Notes: generated by a model from the sequence alone, not told the origin. 64,000 bases of DNA from Octopus sinensis (GCF_006345805.1 NC_042999.1:84816001-84880000); one strand, 5' to 3'; numbered from the stretch's first letter, positions 12,769-26,645 are shown. A program made the numbers and translations.

Positions 12769-13662
12769 TACGAGGTCCGATCAATAAGTATCCGGACTGT
12801 AACAATAGTAACAATGCTAAAGCACGCAGATGAAGCCGCTTAGCAAAGATTGACTTTGAACGCTGCTGTGCATGCGCAATAAGTTTTAACGTTCTAGCTC
12901 ACTTCCGGTGTTTGCAGCAGTGCTTGGAATGAAGGTGTGTAGCGTGTGATTGTCATTTGACCATAACAGAGAAAGTTGTCGTGGCGATGCCTGCTCAGAA
13001 GCCTACTCAAAGTTGCAGAAAGTGTATGGAGAGGATTGTCTGAGTTGCATACAAGTGAACGAGTGGTTCAGATGTTGCCAAGAGAGTCGAAAAATATCGA
13101 TATTGACAAACGTTTTGGAAGACCCACAACCAGCATAACTGAGAAAACATCGAAAGTGTGCGTGCAGCTGTGAGAGCAAATGGTCGAATCATCATCGGTG
13201 AGTTACCAAATGATGTGCAGATTAGTTACGGTTCAGTTCAGACCATGATCACCGAGGATTTGGGTATGAGACGCGTGTTTGCCACGTTTGTGCCAAAACT
13301 GCATTCAGCTGACCAAAGCGACACTCGGGTTTTAAGTTGCACAAGATCTCCTTCATTGTGTCAAGAACGATGAAAACTTTTTTTAAACTTTGCGCAGGCC
13401 TCTGAGCAGATATCGCCAAGCTTTTAGCAAAATTTGATGCTGATTTTCTGCTCAACTTTCTCCGTCATGGTCAATACGACGATCACATGCTACACACCTT
13501 CCTTCCAAAGACTGATGTACACAGCGGAAGTGAGCTTGAAAGTTAAAACTTAGTGCGCATGCACAGCAGGGTTCAAGGTCAATCTGGCCAAGCGGCTTCA
13601 CTCTGCGTGCTTTAGTTTCGTTACTATGGCAAAAGTCCGTATACTTATTGATCAACCACGTA
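12769..13662 (+). mobile_element. Mariner-family DNA transposon derivative with fold-back structure
   Basis: TA at both ends. TIR TACGAGGTCCGATCAATAAGTATCCGGACT matches the reverse complement of the right end. Transposase N-terminal remnant (..YGEDCLS..EWF..; FVPKL, equivalent to the WVP motif). The right ~275 bp is an inverted copy of the element 5' end, including the start MTEKVEQKISIKF. Confidence 0.85.
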
Positions 13663-14149
13663 TGCTTGTGTTAGTGTTTTTGCGTTTTAGTGTGTGTGTG
13701 TGTGTGTGTGTGTATACGCCTGACATCCTTGCCACCATTGTAAAATTCATCCATTGTTTGGCATTCCAGGTTTTCCCGTCTTCAACGTGGTTTGTTTATG
13801 TCCAGTAAACAACGCTTCTTTACCCAAGTGGCGAGCTACACATCAGGAAAAATTCCAAATAACAGCCTATTGGATCAAGCTAAATAAACTATTGCTCTCT
13901 ACTTACGTATTGGTATTTCTCACGTTCGTTTTTACTATCATATATTCATGCACAAAAACACACATACACAACCACATCTTCGTACGTGTATGAGTGTATA
14001 TGTGTGTGTATGTGTATCTGTGTATGTGCCTGCCTACATCACCGCAGGTTTTATAACCCCTTTTCTATTACAACTTTTTGTATTATATTTGTGAACCCTT
14101 GCGGCCGATAAAAAGAATCTACATTATTAATGTCACCATCACTCATACG

Positions 14150-14347
<198 letters not shown>

Positions 14348-15002
14348 TAAGAACAATCTCAGAGAATAAGTGTTTTCGTTACAATGCCGAAGGAAAAAAA
14401 TGGAATAAAAAGTACCCGGTTAGTGAAGCTGAACCAAAAAGAAGAAATACAAATGAACATAAATATTCAAAGCATCCTCAATTGGTAAGGAGGTGTTTCA
14501 ACAGTTGAACAATAAGGTAAGATGTTACGTACGTTTTTTTCTTTTTTTATTGAGGTATTTTGTTAATTTTATATTTTTGTTTGTTTATGGTACAGGGTTG
14601 TCGATTCTAACTTTGAAGGAAATAAAAATGAGCTGCAAGGAACAAAGAATCTGACAATATGTTCATTATAGTTTTCAGTTAATTTTAGATAGTATAGTAA
14701 CAGTATTTGTATTTGAAAAGCTACTGCACGTGTATGCGTGTATGTGTATGTGTTTGTTCAATTATGTGTGCTTGTGTATCGGTGTAGGAATGTAATTGTA
14801 TATATAGTTGTTTTACCACAAGTGCGCACATAGGGCGTAAAATCTTTCATATAACAAAATGATTTGCGTTTATAGAACAATTGTTACATTTTACCTTGAA
14901 CACTGACAAAGTCTATGAGAAAAATATTCTTTTGCTTGCGTTAGTATGTGAGTTTGTGCTCTTTTTATACTATTGTTTTCAATTCTCAGTGGCTCCTAAA
15001 AT

Positions 15003-15222
15003 AATATTTTCTACTCTAGGCACAAGGCCCGAAATTTTAGGGGAGGGAGCCAGTCGATTAGACCGTCTCCAGTACGCAACTTGTAGTTAATTTATCGACC
15101 CCAAAAATGATGAAAGGCAAAGTCGTTCGCGGAGGAATTTGAACTCAGAACATAAAGGACAGACAAAATACCGCTAAGCATTTCAACCGGTGTGCTTAAC
15201 GTTTCAGCCAATTCTCCGCCTT
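15003..15222 (-). mobile_element. tRNA-derived SINE type B
   Basis: Reverse-complement match to the type B head, core and tail. Confidence 0.8.
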
Positions 15223-15913
15223 GGCGGTTGCTGAAATAATATAAGAAAAATATTCGTAGGAAAAAATGTGTATATTTTGCATATGCTTTTCATTTCGAGA
15301 AACAAAAACTGAAAACTGCAATAAGAAATGGTATAATAAATTAATAATTCGACCTCAATATATTACTTGTAAAATTTTCAGCGTATGCAATGAAATGGTG
15401 GCACCTCTAAATACAAGAAAATATAAGAAATACGAAAATAAACTTTTACTCCGATGTTCAACCGTTCAGACAGCCTGAGCAATGCTAGTCTTAATTCGCG
15501 TATTCTTTTGCTTATTAACAAAGCCAAACCAAACTGTCGAGAAGAACAACTCATCAATGTAAAACTAGTAAACTGATACAACATATCTTATCACCCAACA
15601 AGTAGATAAATTTAATTCAGGTATCATTTAAACTCGTTATGTTGATGAAATGAAATTAAATACTACAATTCATTTAGCCAAGAAGAGACTTAGCGTGCAA
15701 ACTATCTTTATTATCATCATTATACAGTGCTGTTCTTGCTGTTTAATCCGAAGCCGGCTTTGTCCTAGAAGACTTTTTTTTTTTTTAAATGTGCATCAAA
15801 TCCATGAAGTTTCCATATAGTCTCTCAATCAAAATGTATCCGTATTACATGACTATAGTTATGACAGTAAGACTGAGTGCTGAAATGCTTCATTAATATA
15901 TGTTTATTGTACT

Positions 15914-16086
15914 AGGCGTATGAGTGGCTCTGTGGTAAGTAGCTTGCTTACGAACCACATGGTTCCGGGTTCAGTCCCACTGCGTGGCACCTTGGTCAAG
16001 TGTCTTCTGCTATAGCCTCGGGCCGACCAAAGCCTTGTGAGTGGATTTGATAGACGGAAACTGAAAGAAGCCCGTCGTATATATGC

Positions 16087-16128
<42 letters not shown>

Positions 16129-16369
16129 ATAATATATATATATATGTGTATATGTTTGTGTCTGTGCTTGTCCTAACAATATCGTTTGACAACCGATGCT
16201 GGTGTGTTTATGTCCCCGTAACTTAGCGGTTCAGCACAAGAGACCGATAGAATAAGTACTAGGCTTACAAAGAATAAGCCCTGGGCTCGATTTGCTCGAC
16301 TAAAGGTGGTGCTCCAGTCAAATGACTGGTGGTGGCCACAGTCAAATGACTGAAACAAGTAAAAGAGTA
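15914..16369 (+). mobile_element. tRNA-derived SINE type A, full length with internal (TA)n
   Basis: A-box-like TGGCTCTGTGG, B-box-like GGTTCAGTCCC, CACCTTGGTCAAGTG, and tail GACTGAAACAAGTAAAAGA. Matches 61101-61490 and 55685-56107. Confidence 0.85.
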
Positions 16370-19300
16370 TTGATGTTATTAGTAGAGAGGCTGTGTAGAA
16401 ACGTGCAATTATGGTGGTATTAGTCGTGATACAGTGCCGACACTGTGAGCGTTTGATAGAAGCCTTGCTTGAGAGGTAAGTAAAAGATCAGAGTGTACGT
16501 CCTCTTTGTGTTTGTCAAGGATACAAGATATTGATAAAATTGTGTTGCACAGAGTTCTGTGTCAATAATTTTTAGCAGATAGGAGACACTTCTCTCCTGG
16601 GGAGGAGGTATTTCTATGTTAGTTGATTGCAAGCTTGCAAGAAAAGTAGACATTCACAGATTACAAATAAGGAGGTGGAGAAAATTAAACGGATATGCGT
16701 AGGTAGAGAAGATAGATTACAATGTGATACAACGAGTCAGTCGGAGGGAATACAAGGGTAAGAGCGTTGGTGATACGAAAGAACTGGGAGATAAAGTGAT
16801 AGATTATGAATGACACAGTGATGATACGTTGATCATCAATGCTTGCTTCATCTGATAAAAGCCTGAGTCGACGATTGATGGGGAGATATTGTTTATTAGA
16901 TATGAACTGAATGTAACTAAGACGAAAGTACTAGCAGTGCAATTTTCTTAATTTAAAAAAAAAGTGAGGAACAAGTATCAGGCAATATAAGAACGGTCTG
17001 GTTCTGTGACTTATAAAAAATACGAAATAAATCAAAAAGAAATAATTATATGATTTGCTTTTATTGTACTTTCAGATGATGATCAATAATTCGGAGATAA
17101 TTCTTCTCCGTAACTAAATCATTCATAGAATTGAAACTGGTTTTATGATTCTGTAACGCAGACATTACGGAAAATATGTGCACTGGATTATCACGAGTAG
17201 GATTTTCAACCGGAAGAGTTGAATTCAATATAGCAAACACTTGTAAATTACACATCTCTATGATTGCTTACACTTGTAAATTATATGATTGAAAAGCACA
17301 GACATAGTAATGTCGTACGTAGGCTATGGACTGCAACTTCTAACTTCTTTCTCATAATAATATTGAATCAACTATCCGTACACTTGTTGAAAAGCTAAAA
17401 TATATAGAAACTTAAAGTTCAAATTTCATGAATATCTAATCATATAAAATGTTTTTATGAACACAAGACAAATCATTGAAACGATGTCGAAAATATCGTT
17501 TCAGACATGTTGAAAATAAATTGATTGATACGCAGTCTCTATATTTTTACTGGTAGTGGTAGACGACGTTTGAAAGCTGAAAAGCAAAATGAAACAATTC
17601 ATAATTTGTATTCTGTTCGAATAAAGATACTTTGAATGCTGTAATGTATATACTCAATTATATCTACTGTATATAACAGCAATGTATTTTCTGATATGAT
17701 TAATGTTTCTATACAGACATAATTATCTTAACGCTACTGAAGTTACACCATCACAATGGAGAATATAATGGAGAAGTTTCTTTACACTTTTGTGGACTTA
17801 TGAGAGGATACAGTTCAAGAAGAATCAAAACAGCTGTTTGCAATGTAAAACTTCCTCTGCATGTTTCTTCTTTTAATCTAAGGGGATTGGGCTATTGAAA
17901 GATCATGGACCTTTACCAGTGGCACGGGTAAGTATAACTCCCGAGCTTTGATCAATTGACATTTTACTGAGCAGACCAGCACACTGTCAATTCCACTATT
18001 TGACAACAACGTATAGAAATTAGAAATAAGTGTGTAAACTGTTCATAGCTAAATTGGTCTGTATGGGCACTAGTGAAAATATTTTTCCTCGTATATGCAT
18101 GTACATAATTTCCGTGTATTCACTGTTTCCCCACCTTTCTCATCAGGGGCAATCACTGAAAACGCTTTTATCACTGAATTATATAGTTTTTTTGTTTTAG
18201 TTTTGTTTTTGTTTTGTGTTTTGTCTTACCAGTTGCGCTGTAATATTGAGAATTGCTTCATTAAGGACACATAACAGCGTCACTTACGAGAGACGAATCC
18301 ATAGAACTCCCCATCAGTCGGCCTGCATATTATCAAATCGTTAAGCAGTAACTCGTTTGCACAATTATACACGATCAAGATTTCAAAAACGCGTCTTTTC
18401 TATCTCATAGCATAACACGCAAACTATCGAAATATTAAGATATATACAATAAACATATTTTCTGGCAAGAATATCCTTAATCTTAGTTATGAGTGCTTGT
18501 GTCATTTAAGGTGGATCTATATAGCATTTATGGAATTGTTGAGAAGAAAACTACCTAGAAAATATTCTTATAACTCATTTATGCGAGGAAGAATTCCACG
18601 TGAGTGTTGTGGTTTGTGTTATATGAGAATTTATCGAAATTACTGGGGTGGGTTTGCAGAATCCTCATAATGTGTCTTTATTATTGATTTTGTGGAGAAG
18701 CCACGTGTTATGAGATTACACAGAGTAGATGAATTTTCAGTAAATTTTGGTCGAAGCAGTCAACATTTCTTTCGATATTATATAAGAATTTTCAGAAGAA
18801 ACGTCTTATATGAGTTGCTACTGATGGTAATGATACTACTGTTGCTGGTGTTACGGCAGTAGTTTTTGTCCCTGTTGTTCAGAACAGGTTAACTCTCAGC
18901 TAGTAGTCATAGAGGGAAGATTTTCCCATTGTGACCATCCTGTCTCATTAGGTTTATCGTAATAGTATAGTAGTTATAATAATGTATAAAGTAATATTAT
19001 AAAATATAGCTGTATACCTTAAGAATATAACGTATTATGAAATAATGTAACTATAGATGGAAAAAATTAGAAGCTATTAATAGATTGATACATTTTATTT
19101 GTATTGTGTCTGTTGTATGTTTAAGTAGTAGGGCAAAAAAATATGAAACAGACTACCATTGATTGCTGTTATATGTTGCCAGTATTACTATAATTTTTCT
19201 TCAGCTATATATCTAACGGGAAACCTCCTATTATCTGATACAGAGTGAATATATTCAGCCTACAATATCTTTTCTACTGTAGGTACAAGGCCGTATTGAG

Positions 19301-20419
19301 CCTACAGTATAAAAACATTCGTATACAAATGTACGCTATAGTGCTATATGCATCACTTCTATAGTGGAACATGTATACTTCGCATTAAAATAAATTGTTA
19401 CTGTGCTTCTACGTTACCGAATAAGTTTTAAATTGAAAAATTAAAGCAGCACAAAATTATCAAGAGTTATAAAGCTTTTGGATACATTGAAAGTAGGTTA
19501 TACTACATTTAAAGAGGATGCTTAAATATAGCACTAATGTCATTGAAACCATACACAAATCAAATTATATTTCTTCGATATTCGATACCACAATAAATAT
19601 TATAGGAGTTAAATTGATGGTTGGATGAATTTTGTAACTACTCGCTTATCTACCGTGATCAATTCTACTGTATGTGATTTGTTTCTGAGCAAAACACATA
19701 AATACTTTTTAAAGACTAAGGAAAACGAGGAAAGCCAGTAATTATAACATTAGCAAAACCTCCTAGATCGTTAAGTTCAATATCGTTGAAGTTCAAAATG
19801 AATTTCTGTAGTAAATCCTTCCTTAGTAAATTCTTGCGGTGTAAATCCTTGTGTAGTTAATCCAGATGGTAGCAAGATGAGAAATTAGGATTTAATTAAA
19901 GTATTCAGTACTGGGGCTAAGACGAGAAACAGAGCAGAAGTATCAAAGTGATAGACAAGTTTGGGGAATATTCAACTATGTAGATCTGAGAAAGAAAACA
20001 GATTATTTGTGAACTACTGGTTGCAGCATTCTATGAGTGTATGTTTGTCCGTCAGTCAGTTTGCCTTCGATGTTTAATACTTATCAGCAGTACTGCTTAA
20101 GATATGTAAGCATAACTTGATTGTAGGTTCTACTTAAGATTTATAGAGTACCACCTTCGTATGTTAGGCATCGATGAAACATTATTAGAGTTTATATGGC
20201 TTAGATTTTTTTTTATTTTTTTAGTTAGGCTTTATATAGGAGACAGTGCTCTCGGACACTTCGAGATTAGTGAAATTGATACAATTAACTTACTGCATAA
20301 ATGGTTACATGTCGACAATGCAGGAACGATTCTTATAGGAAGATAATTCTGGAGAGACTATGTCCTGGAAAGGAATCACTTGGCATAGCGTTCAGTTTAG
20401 GACTTAAAGGGTTGAACAT

Positions 20420-21170
20420 AACATCGATGATGAGAAAACTAAGGACAAGTAAGTAGAGAGTGCCTAAGTGAAGGAAATGCAAAATCTCGAGACACAGGGG
20501 CATTGAAGTAACGCCAGAAAAGACGGAGGAAACCGCATGTTTATGGAGCAGACGCTAGAGCGTGTTTCCGAGTACATTTACATCGGTTAGTTTAGTTACC
20601 TTAATGTAGATGCAGTTTATATGCAAGGTACATGCTTAGAGAGCCTGTGTGGGTACGTGTTGATACCTACCTCTCCGGGAGAAAATATGCTGTTAATGTT
20701 TGATATGCAACCTTTGAACATGTACTCCTACGGCAACAAGTTCTTGCCCTTTGGAACGGGATACAATGTAATGTGTTAAAAAAAATACATTTGAATATAT
20801 TCCTCCGTAGAGTTAAAGACAGACAGGAAGAGAGAGATCGAAATGAGATTATCAAGGCTCTGTTGATCTGTTAGGTTGGAATAAATGATTAAATCATTTA
20901 TGTTTGGACACTTTGAGTGCGTGTTCAAATGAAGAAGAAAAAACAAGAGGAGTTTTATTTATTACCGGATTTGTAGAATAGCAAGCTTAATGCACAGAAA
21001 CTATGGAAGCTTTCTTAGATTGAAACAGTGTAGTAGTATTCTGCAAATTTGATGTTGATCATTTTGGTGAAAGAACACAACTACCAGAGGAAATGAAGAG
21101 GGCGGGTAGTATTCAGCTCACCAAGCTAACAAACAGAAGTAAAGATAAAATATTAACTGCAAACTACTCA
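20420..21170 (+). mobile_element. Very degenerate RTE-like LINE reverse transcriptase remnant
   Basis: Residual peptides GIEVTPEKTE, QTLERVSEYIYIG and KRAGS..LTNRSKDKIL resemble the RT thumb motifs GLxINxxKT, LExVxxYxYLG and WAGHxxR. Many stops. Confidence 0.4.
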
Positions 21171-21865
21171 TATTCTTTTTTACTCATGAAGAGAAACCAA
21201 GCAAACCTAATCCAGTGTCGAGATCTCTATATTTTTTTCTGTCCTTTCCTCTTTTCCCTCTCCACTAGTTTCACTTTCTCTTTCAACTTCTCTGTATGTA
21301 TGTATCTTTGGAACACCATTAACTTCTGACAAATTCCCCTCTGCAAATTAACTTTTAATTCATTTACGATCATACAAACTTTGAGTACAGCATGAACTTC
21401 ACATAATCTCATTTATTCAACCTCGACACATATACCGCATTATATACCAAACCAAAGGGAAAAAACTGTTTACCCAGTTATAAAAGAGATATCAAGGCTG
21501 GTTATAATATAAATATGAAGTAGTAAAACTAAGTTTGTTTTCCATGGGGCTGAAGGAGGGACCATAATAAAACTTCTAAGCGTAATAAATTAAAGCTATA
21601 TAGTCATAAAATCGATTTATAAGCAGAAATCATAAACTACCAATGATTGGTATTGGTGAAAATTACCTTTGAAAATAAAACATGAACAGTAAGTTAAGTA
21701 TAAAAAGTAGCGTTGGTGAGTGAAATGAAAATGATATCCTTTGCAGAAGTAAAACGAAGGACAGCTAAACGAAATATATAACAAATATAATATGAAAACA
21801 AACTTTCAAGAAAAGTTTGTTATTAATAGGGTAATAAATATTGGTACTCCTAGCATCTTGATTCG

Positions 21866-21912
21866 TATGTATGTATGTATGTATTATGTATGTATGTATG
21901 TATGTATGTATG

Positions 21913-22011
<99 letters not shown>

Positions 22012-22030
22012 TAGACATACATACATACAT
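21866..22030. repeat. (TATG)n followed by (TA)n
   Basis: Direct reading. Confidence 0.95.
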
Positions 22031-22398
22031 GTGTTTACGGACACAAGCATGCATACACACATATAGATGTCACGTCATATACGCGTATATAAAGATGTAT
22101 TAGATATGACTCAATTATCACTCTCACTAGCAGCGACATTTTCTTTCTCTGTACTGTCTCCCACGCTCTGTAAAGACACGCATGCAAACAAATACACACA
22201 AACACACACACACATAGGACGCCATATACATGCGTGCGTGCGTGCGTGTCTGTAGTTATGCATTTATATATGCACATTTATATATGTATAGGAGAGTAAA
22301 AGAAATTTGTGACTCATTACTAAAAGTTTATCATAATACACACACACCCACATGCACACACACAATCATACACACATACATACTTATATATGTATGTG

Positions 22399-22429
<31 letters not shown>

Positions 22430-22432
22430 ATA

Positions 22433-22482
<50 letters not shown>

Positions 22483-22959
22483 AGACAAGGCATAAATAAT
22501 GGTTATTACCTATTTATATATAAATGGGTCTATGTATAATAGACAGACACGCACAGATATAAATAGATTCATACATACATATGTACGTACATACGTACGT
22601 ATGTATGTATGTATATACGTACGAGGAAAGTGGACAGCTCGTGTGGCTCTCTTTGCCTTTTCGTTCTGCTAGAAAAAGCAGTGTACCATTCTTCGAACTG
22701 CACGCACTATCATACAAAAGGAAGGGCCGCAAGAATGATGGAATACATTGAGTTCTAACACTTTTGAACATGGGTGTCTTCATCCAGGCGGAAACAAGGT
22801 ATAAAGAACAACATATCTTAAATAATATCTGTTTATTAATAACTTAATATTGACCTCTAACATGAGAAGTGACCTCATAAATTTCTTATTTTATTTGCTT
22901 ACCACTTCACCCTTCCAACGATCTGGAATAACTCCTTATTATCTCAATAGTAAATATGA

Positions 22960-23885
22960 GAATTCTGCCGAGGTATGCTTTTCCTTTCATCCCTTTCGGA
23001 GTCGATAAAATAAGTTCCATTCGAGCATTGTGGTCGATGTAACTAACTTCCCTCAACTAATTCAAAATTACTGGCCTTGTGCAAACATTTGACACCAATA
23101 TTAGATGTGATAATTCCGAAGTTAAGCAATGACAAGCCTAGTTGATACTTAGATGGGTAACTACTTGGGAAACGTAAGTGCAGTAAGCATTTCCCTTTTA
23201 AAGTGGTGAACTGGCAGAATCGTTTGCACGCCGGGGTTAAATGCTTAGTGCTATTTGGTCCGTCTTTACGTTCTGCGTTCAAATTCCGCCGAGGTGGACT
23301 TTGCTTTTCATCCTTTCGCGGTCGATTAAATAAGTGCTAGTTGATTACTGGATTCTATGTTATCGACTAGGCTCCTCTGCCGAAGTTGCTTGCCTTGTAC
23401 CAACTTTTCAAATCAATATTAAAAGTGACAAGAAGGTGGCGAGCTGGAAGAATAGTTAGCACACCCGGAACAACGCTTAGTAACATTTCGCACATCTTTA
23501 CGTTTTGATTTCAAATTGTGACGAGGTCGACTTTGCCTTCCATCCTCTCGGGGTCGATAAATTAAGTGCTAGCTAAACACAAGGCTCGATGCATTCGACA
23601 TAACCCCTACTGTGAAATTGCTGGCCTTATGCACCAAATTTAAAACAGTATTAAATGCATGAATATAAGATGGTGAGCTGGAAGCATCTTTAGTACACTA
23701 GGCTAAATGTTTAGCAGTATTTTGCCCCTCTTTACATTCTGAGTTATAAATCGCCGAAATCGACTTTGCCTTTGATCCATTCGGGGTTGATAAAATAAGT
23801 AGCAGTTGAACACTGGGGTCAATGTGATCAACTTAAAAATTGCTCCCCCAAAATTGCTTGCTTGTGTCAAAATTTGAAACTAATT
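22960..23885 (+). mobile_element. Head-to-tail array of four SINE type B copies (first lacks its head)
   Basis: Heads at about 23200, 23433 and 23667 (period ~233 bp). The copies are mutually diverged. Confidence 0.8.
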
Positions 23886-24161
23886 TTAAACGTGAGAATA
23901 CTATTTTGGAAAAAAACAATCAAATTTTACTGGATTAGAAATGCAAAACAAAGAGGGTTTTAATTACACCTTATTGTAAAATTATGGTGAACAATCAAGT
24001 AATTTAGTTTTTGATATTTTTTATCGGCCGTTATACGTGTTTATGTTTTTCATTGGGGAAAATATTTTTAGCTTTAATAAGGCAAACAATAAATCAATCT
24101 GGAAATATGGAGGCTCATTATATTCTGCCTGTTAACAAATAACTGCAGATATAAAAGAAAT

Positions 24162-24255
24162 GTAAGAATATATGTTACAATATATATTTAAGAATATATG
24201 TTACAATATATATTTAAGAATATGTTACAATATATAGTTAAGAATCATATGTAAC
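24162..24255. repeat. ~26 bp AT-rich minisatellite (AAGAATATATGTTACAATATATATTT), about 3.5 copies
   Basis: Direct reading. Confidence 0.85.
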
Positions 24256-24377
24256 ATTATGAATCTTCACATTTTCTCCAAATTATATAGCGGGCCAGGC
24301 AAAATTTTTTATTGACTACTAGGGAGGGATTGGCAAGCCTTCAATGTAAGGCAAAACTATAACATTAAGACCCTATA

Positions 24378-24630
24378 AGGCGTCGTGTTAGTAGACTCGT
24401 TTGCACGCCGGGAAAAATGCTTAGCGGCATTTCGTCCCACTTTACATTTTAAGTTCAAATTTTTTCTTTATGTATCTTCCTTATTTCTAGGGTCTTGATA
24501 TTGGTTTCAAGTTTTGGTACAAGACGAGAAATTTAGGAGGAGTGGGCAAGTCGATTACATCGTCCTCACTGCTCAACTGGTACTTATTTTGTCGACCCCG
24601 AACGAATGACGGGCAAAGTCAACTTTGCTT
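24378..24630. mobile_element. SINE type B split into a plus-strand head half and a minus-strand core/tail half
   Basis: 24378-24445 is the head up to GTTCAAATT. 24495-24630 is the reverse complement of core + tail. Confidence 0.6.
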
Positions 24631-25127
24631 CCTTAAAGATGTAGATAAAAGGGAACATCATATATATACATCCATACATATATATTGATATCAATATATA
24701 TACCTATATACATACATATATGCATATATATATATATACACATATATTATATACATCTCTCTATATATATGTATGTATATGTATATATATATATATATAC
24801 ATTAATATATGTATATATACATGCATACATACATGCGTATATGCATACATAATACAATCATACATACATAGAAGGATACTTCATTTAGAGTAAGTAATGA
24901 GTGAAAAAATCAATAAATCAGTGTGCAGACTAATTAAAATTTTACATATTCAGTATTTTGGAATACTTTTCAGAAAAAAGGGCAAATGAAATTTAATGAA
25001 GTTTAATGAATTAAAGAAATCAAATGCCTATTTATTATTTGCGAGTATCATAATTAGAGAAACGTAAATCTGTATATCCAAAAGAAATTAAATTTTTCTA
25101 AATTATTATTATTATTATTATAATTAT

Positions 25128-25760
25128 TCAGTAGTTTTATTTTTATAGCGTGCTTTCACTTCACTATCGAGCGCAGCTCTGTGTGCCTTGGGTATGTGCT
25201 GTGATTTGTTGTGATGCTCTGATGGTTATTGTATGGAAAGTGTTCTGCGTAGGATGTGTGCAGTGCCTAGTAGTGCAATTTTCTGTATGTTATATGTGTT
25301 TGTAAGTCCTGGTGTTTTTGTTATGTATTTGTCTGAATATTTTTTTATCATGCCTAATGCACCTACTATGATAGGAATTGTTTCTGTTTTCAGATTCCAC
25401 ATTCTAGTTACCTCTATTTCCAGGTCTTTGTATTTTGAGAGTTTCTCCATTTCTTTTAGAGACACGTTGTCATCTGCCGGTATTGATACATCAATTAGAA
25501 AGCATTTTTTTTTCTTCATGGTCTCTGACAACTATATCTGGCCTGTTGGCCTTAATTTCTCTATCTGTGTATATCGGCATATCCCAGAGTATGGTTGCTT
25601 TCTCGTTTTCTGTGACCTTTTCTGGTGTGTGCCTATACCATCTTTTTTCTGTTGTTATTCCATAATGTTGGCATAGCTTCCAATGTATGTAGGTTCCAAC
25701 TCTGTCATGTCTGTGAATATATTCCTTCTTAGCCAGGACTGGGCAGCTAGAGATAATATG

Positions 25761-25763
<3 letters not shown>
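25128..25763 (-). mobile_element. R4/Dong-type LINE, 5'-truncated copy (end of zinc finger, RLE domain, 3'UTR) inserted in (TAA)n
   Basis: HIISSCPVLAKKEYIHRHD..NRPDIVVRD..CFLIDVSIP..KLSKYKDL..IQKIALLGTAHILRRTLSIQ* (one frameshift). (ATT)n on both sides (25102-25127 and 25764-25836). Confidence 0.92.
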
Positions 25764-25837
<74 letters not shown>

Positions 25838-26339
25838 TTGATATGGTACATAGGAAATTCTTCAAAAATGTTATTTTGCTTGTTTTCAATTTATTTTTGA
25901 CTTGCCTCATTCTTCATCGTATTCAAGCATTTTGAGGGTTTCGTCGAAATGTTTAATTGGTAATTCATTTGTCTCAATGTTCTGTTTTATTATTATCATT
26001 GTCATAATTCGCACATTACTATTCTCATTTTAAAAGCTCTTTGTCATTCCAGTGCAAGCCATATAAGTAATTATCTGACATCAACCTCTCGTTTATTTTA
26101 TATTCCCTGACATAAACCAAGTTGAATGATGTCTACTACAGTTATTGAACATCAACCTCGAGTTCAACAAACTTATATACATTATTTAAACATCTTTCAT
26201 ATTATTCACACAACGCATCGTTAATATTTTCCAGTGCAACCTGTAAGAGTTTTGCCTCACGTTCTTAAAATTAATTGCACTTGCCCCTGCCAACCTAAAT
26301 TTAGGCATCAGAGATTGTTAGCTACTGCAGCAGAACTAT

Positions 26340-26645
26340 CCCCGACTTTCGAAAATGTTTAACGTTCAGTGTTCAGTTTGCTTGTCTTCTTTCTACTTCC
26401 ATTTTACTTCTACAAAGATCGGTTCCGTTTTCATGGTTATTTGACTGAAGAAATAAGCTTTTGATTGCAGCCTTCGATCCAAATTGACAAACAACGTTGC
26501 ATTTCAACCACAGCAGAGCTTCTGACATTTTTCTTCGAAAATTCAATGATGAACAGCATTTTACAATTGTTCTCAATATAACTGCGCACTGTTGATTTGG
26601 CGATAACATAGACGCAGCCGATTTTGCGTAGATAATATCTCATTG
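26340..26645 (-). mobile_element. Tigger/pogo-like transposase remnant (CENP-B-type HTH region)
   Basis: Minus translation AKSTVRSYIENN..RSSAVVEMQRCLSIWIEGCNQKLIS resembles the Tigger STIxTILKN..EMEKLLxxWIEDxNQ motifs. No TIRs identified. Confidence 0.5.

Noticed and set aside
16400-16900. Possible Penelope-like RT/GIY-YIG remnant on the minus strand (SQFFRI, RSQCRHC)
   Set aside because: Short motifs in different frames. A profile search would be needed.
18095-18165. Hammerhead-like CTGATGA...GAAAC on the minus strand
   Set aside because: Stem II does not pair and the stem III / NUH cleavage site is missing.
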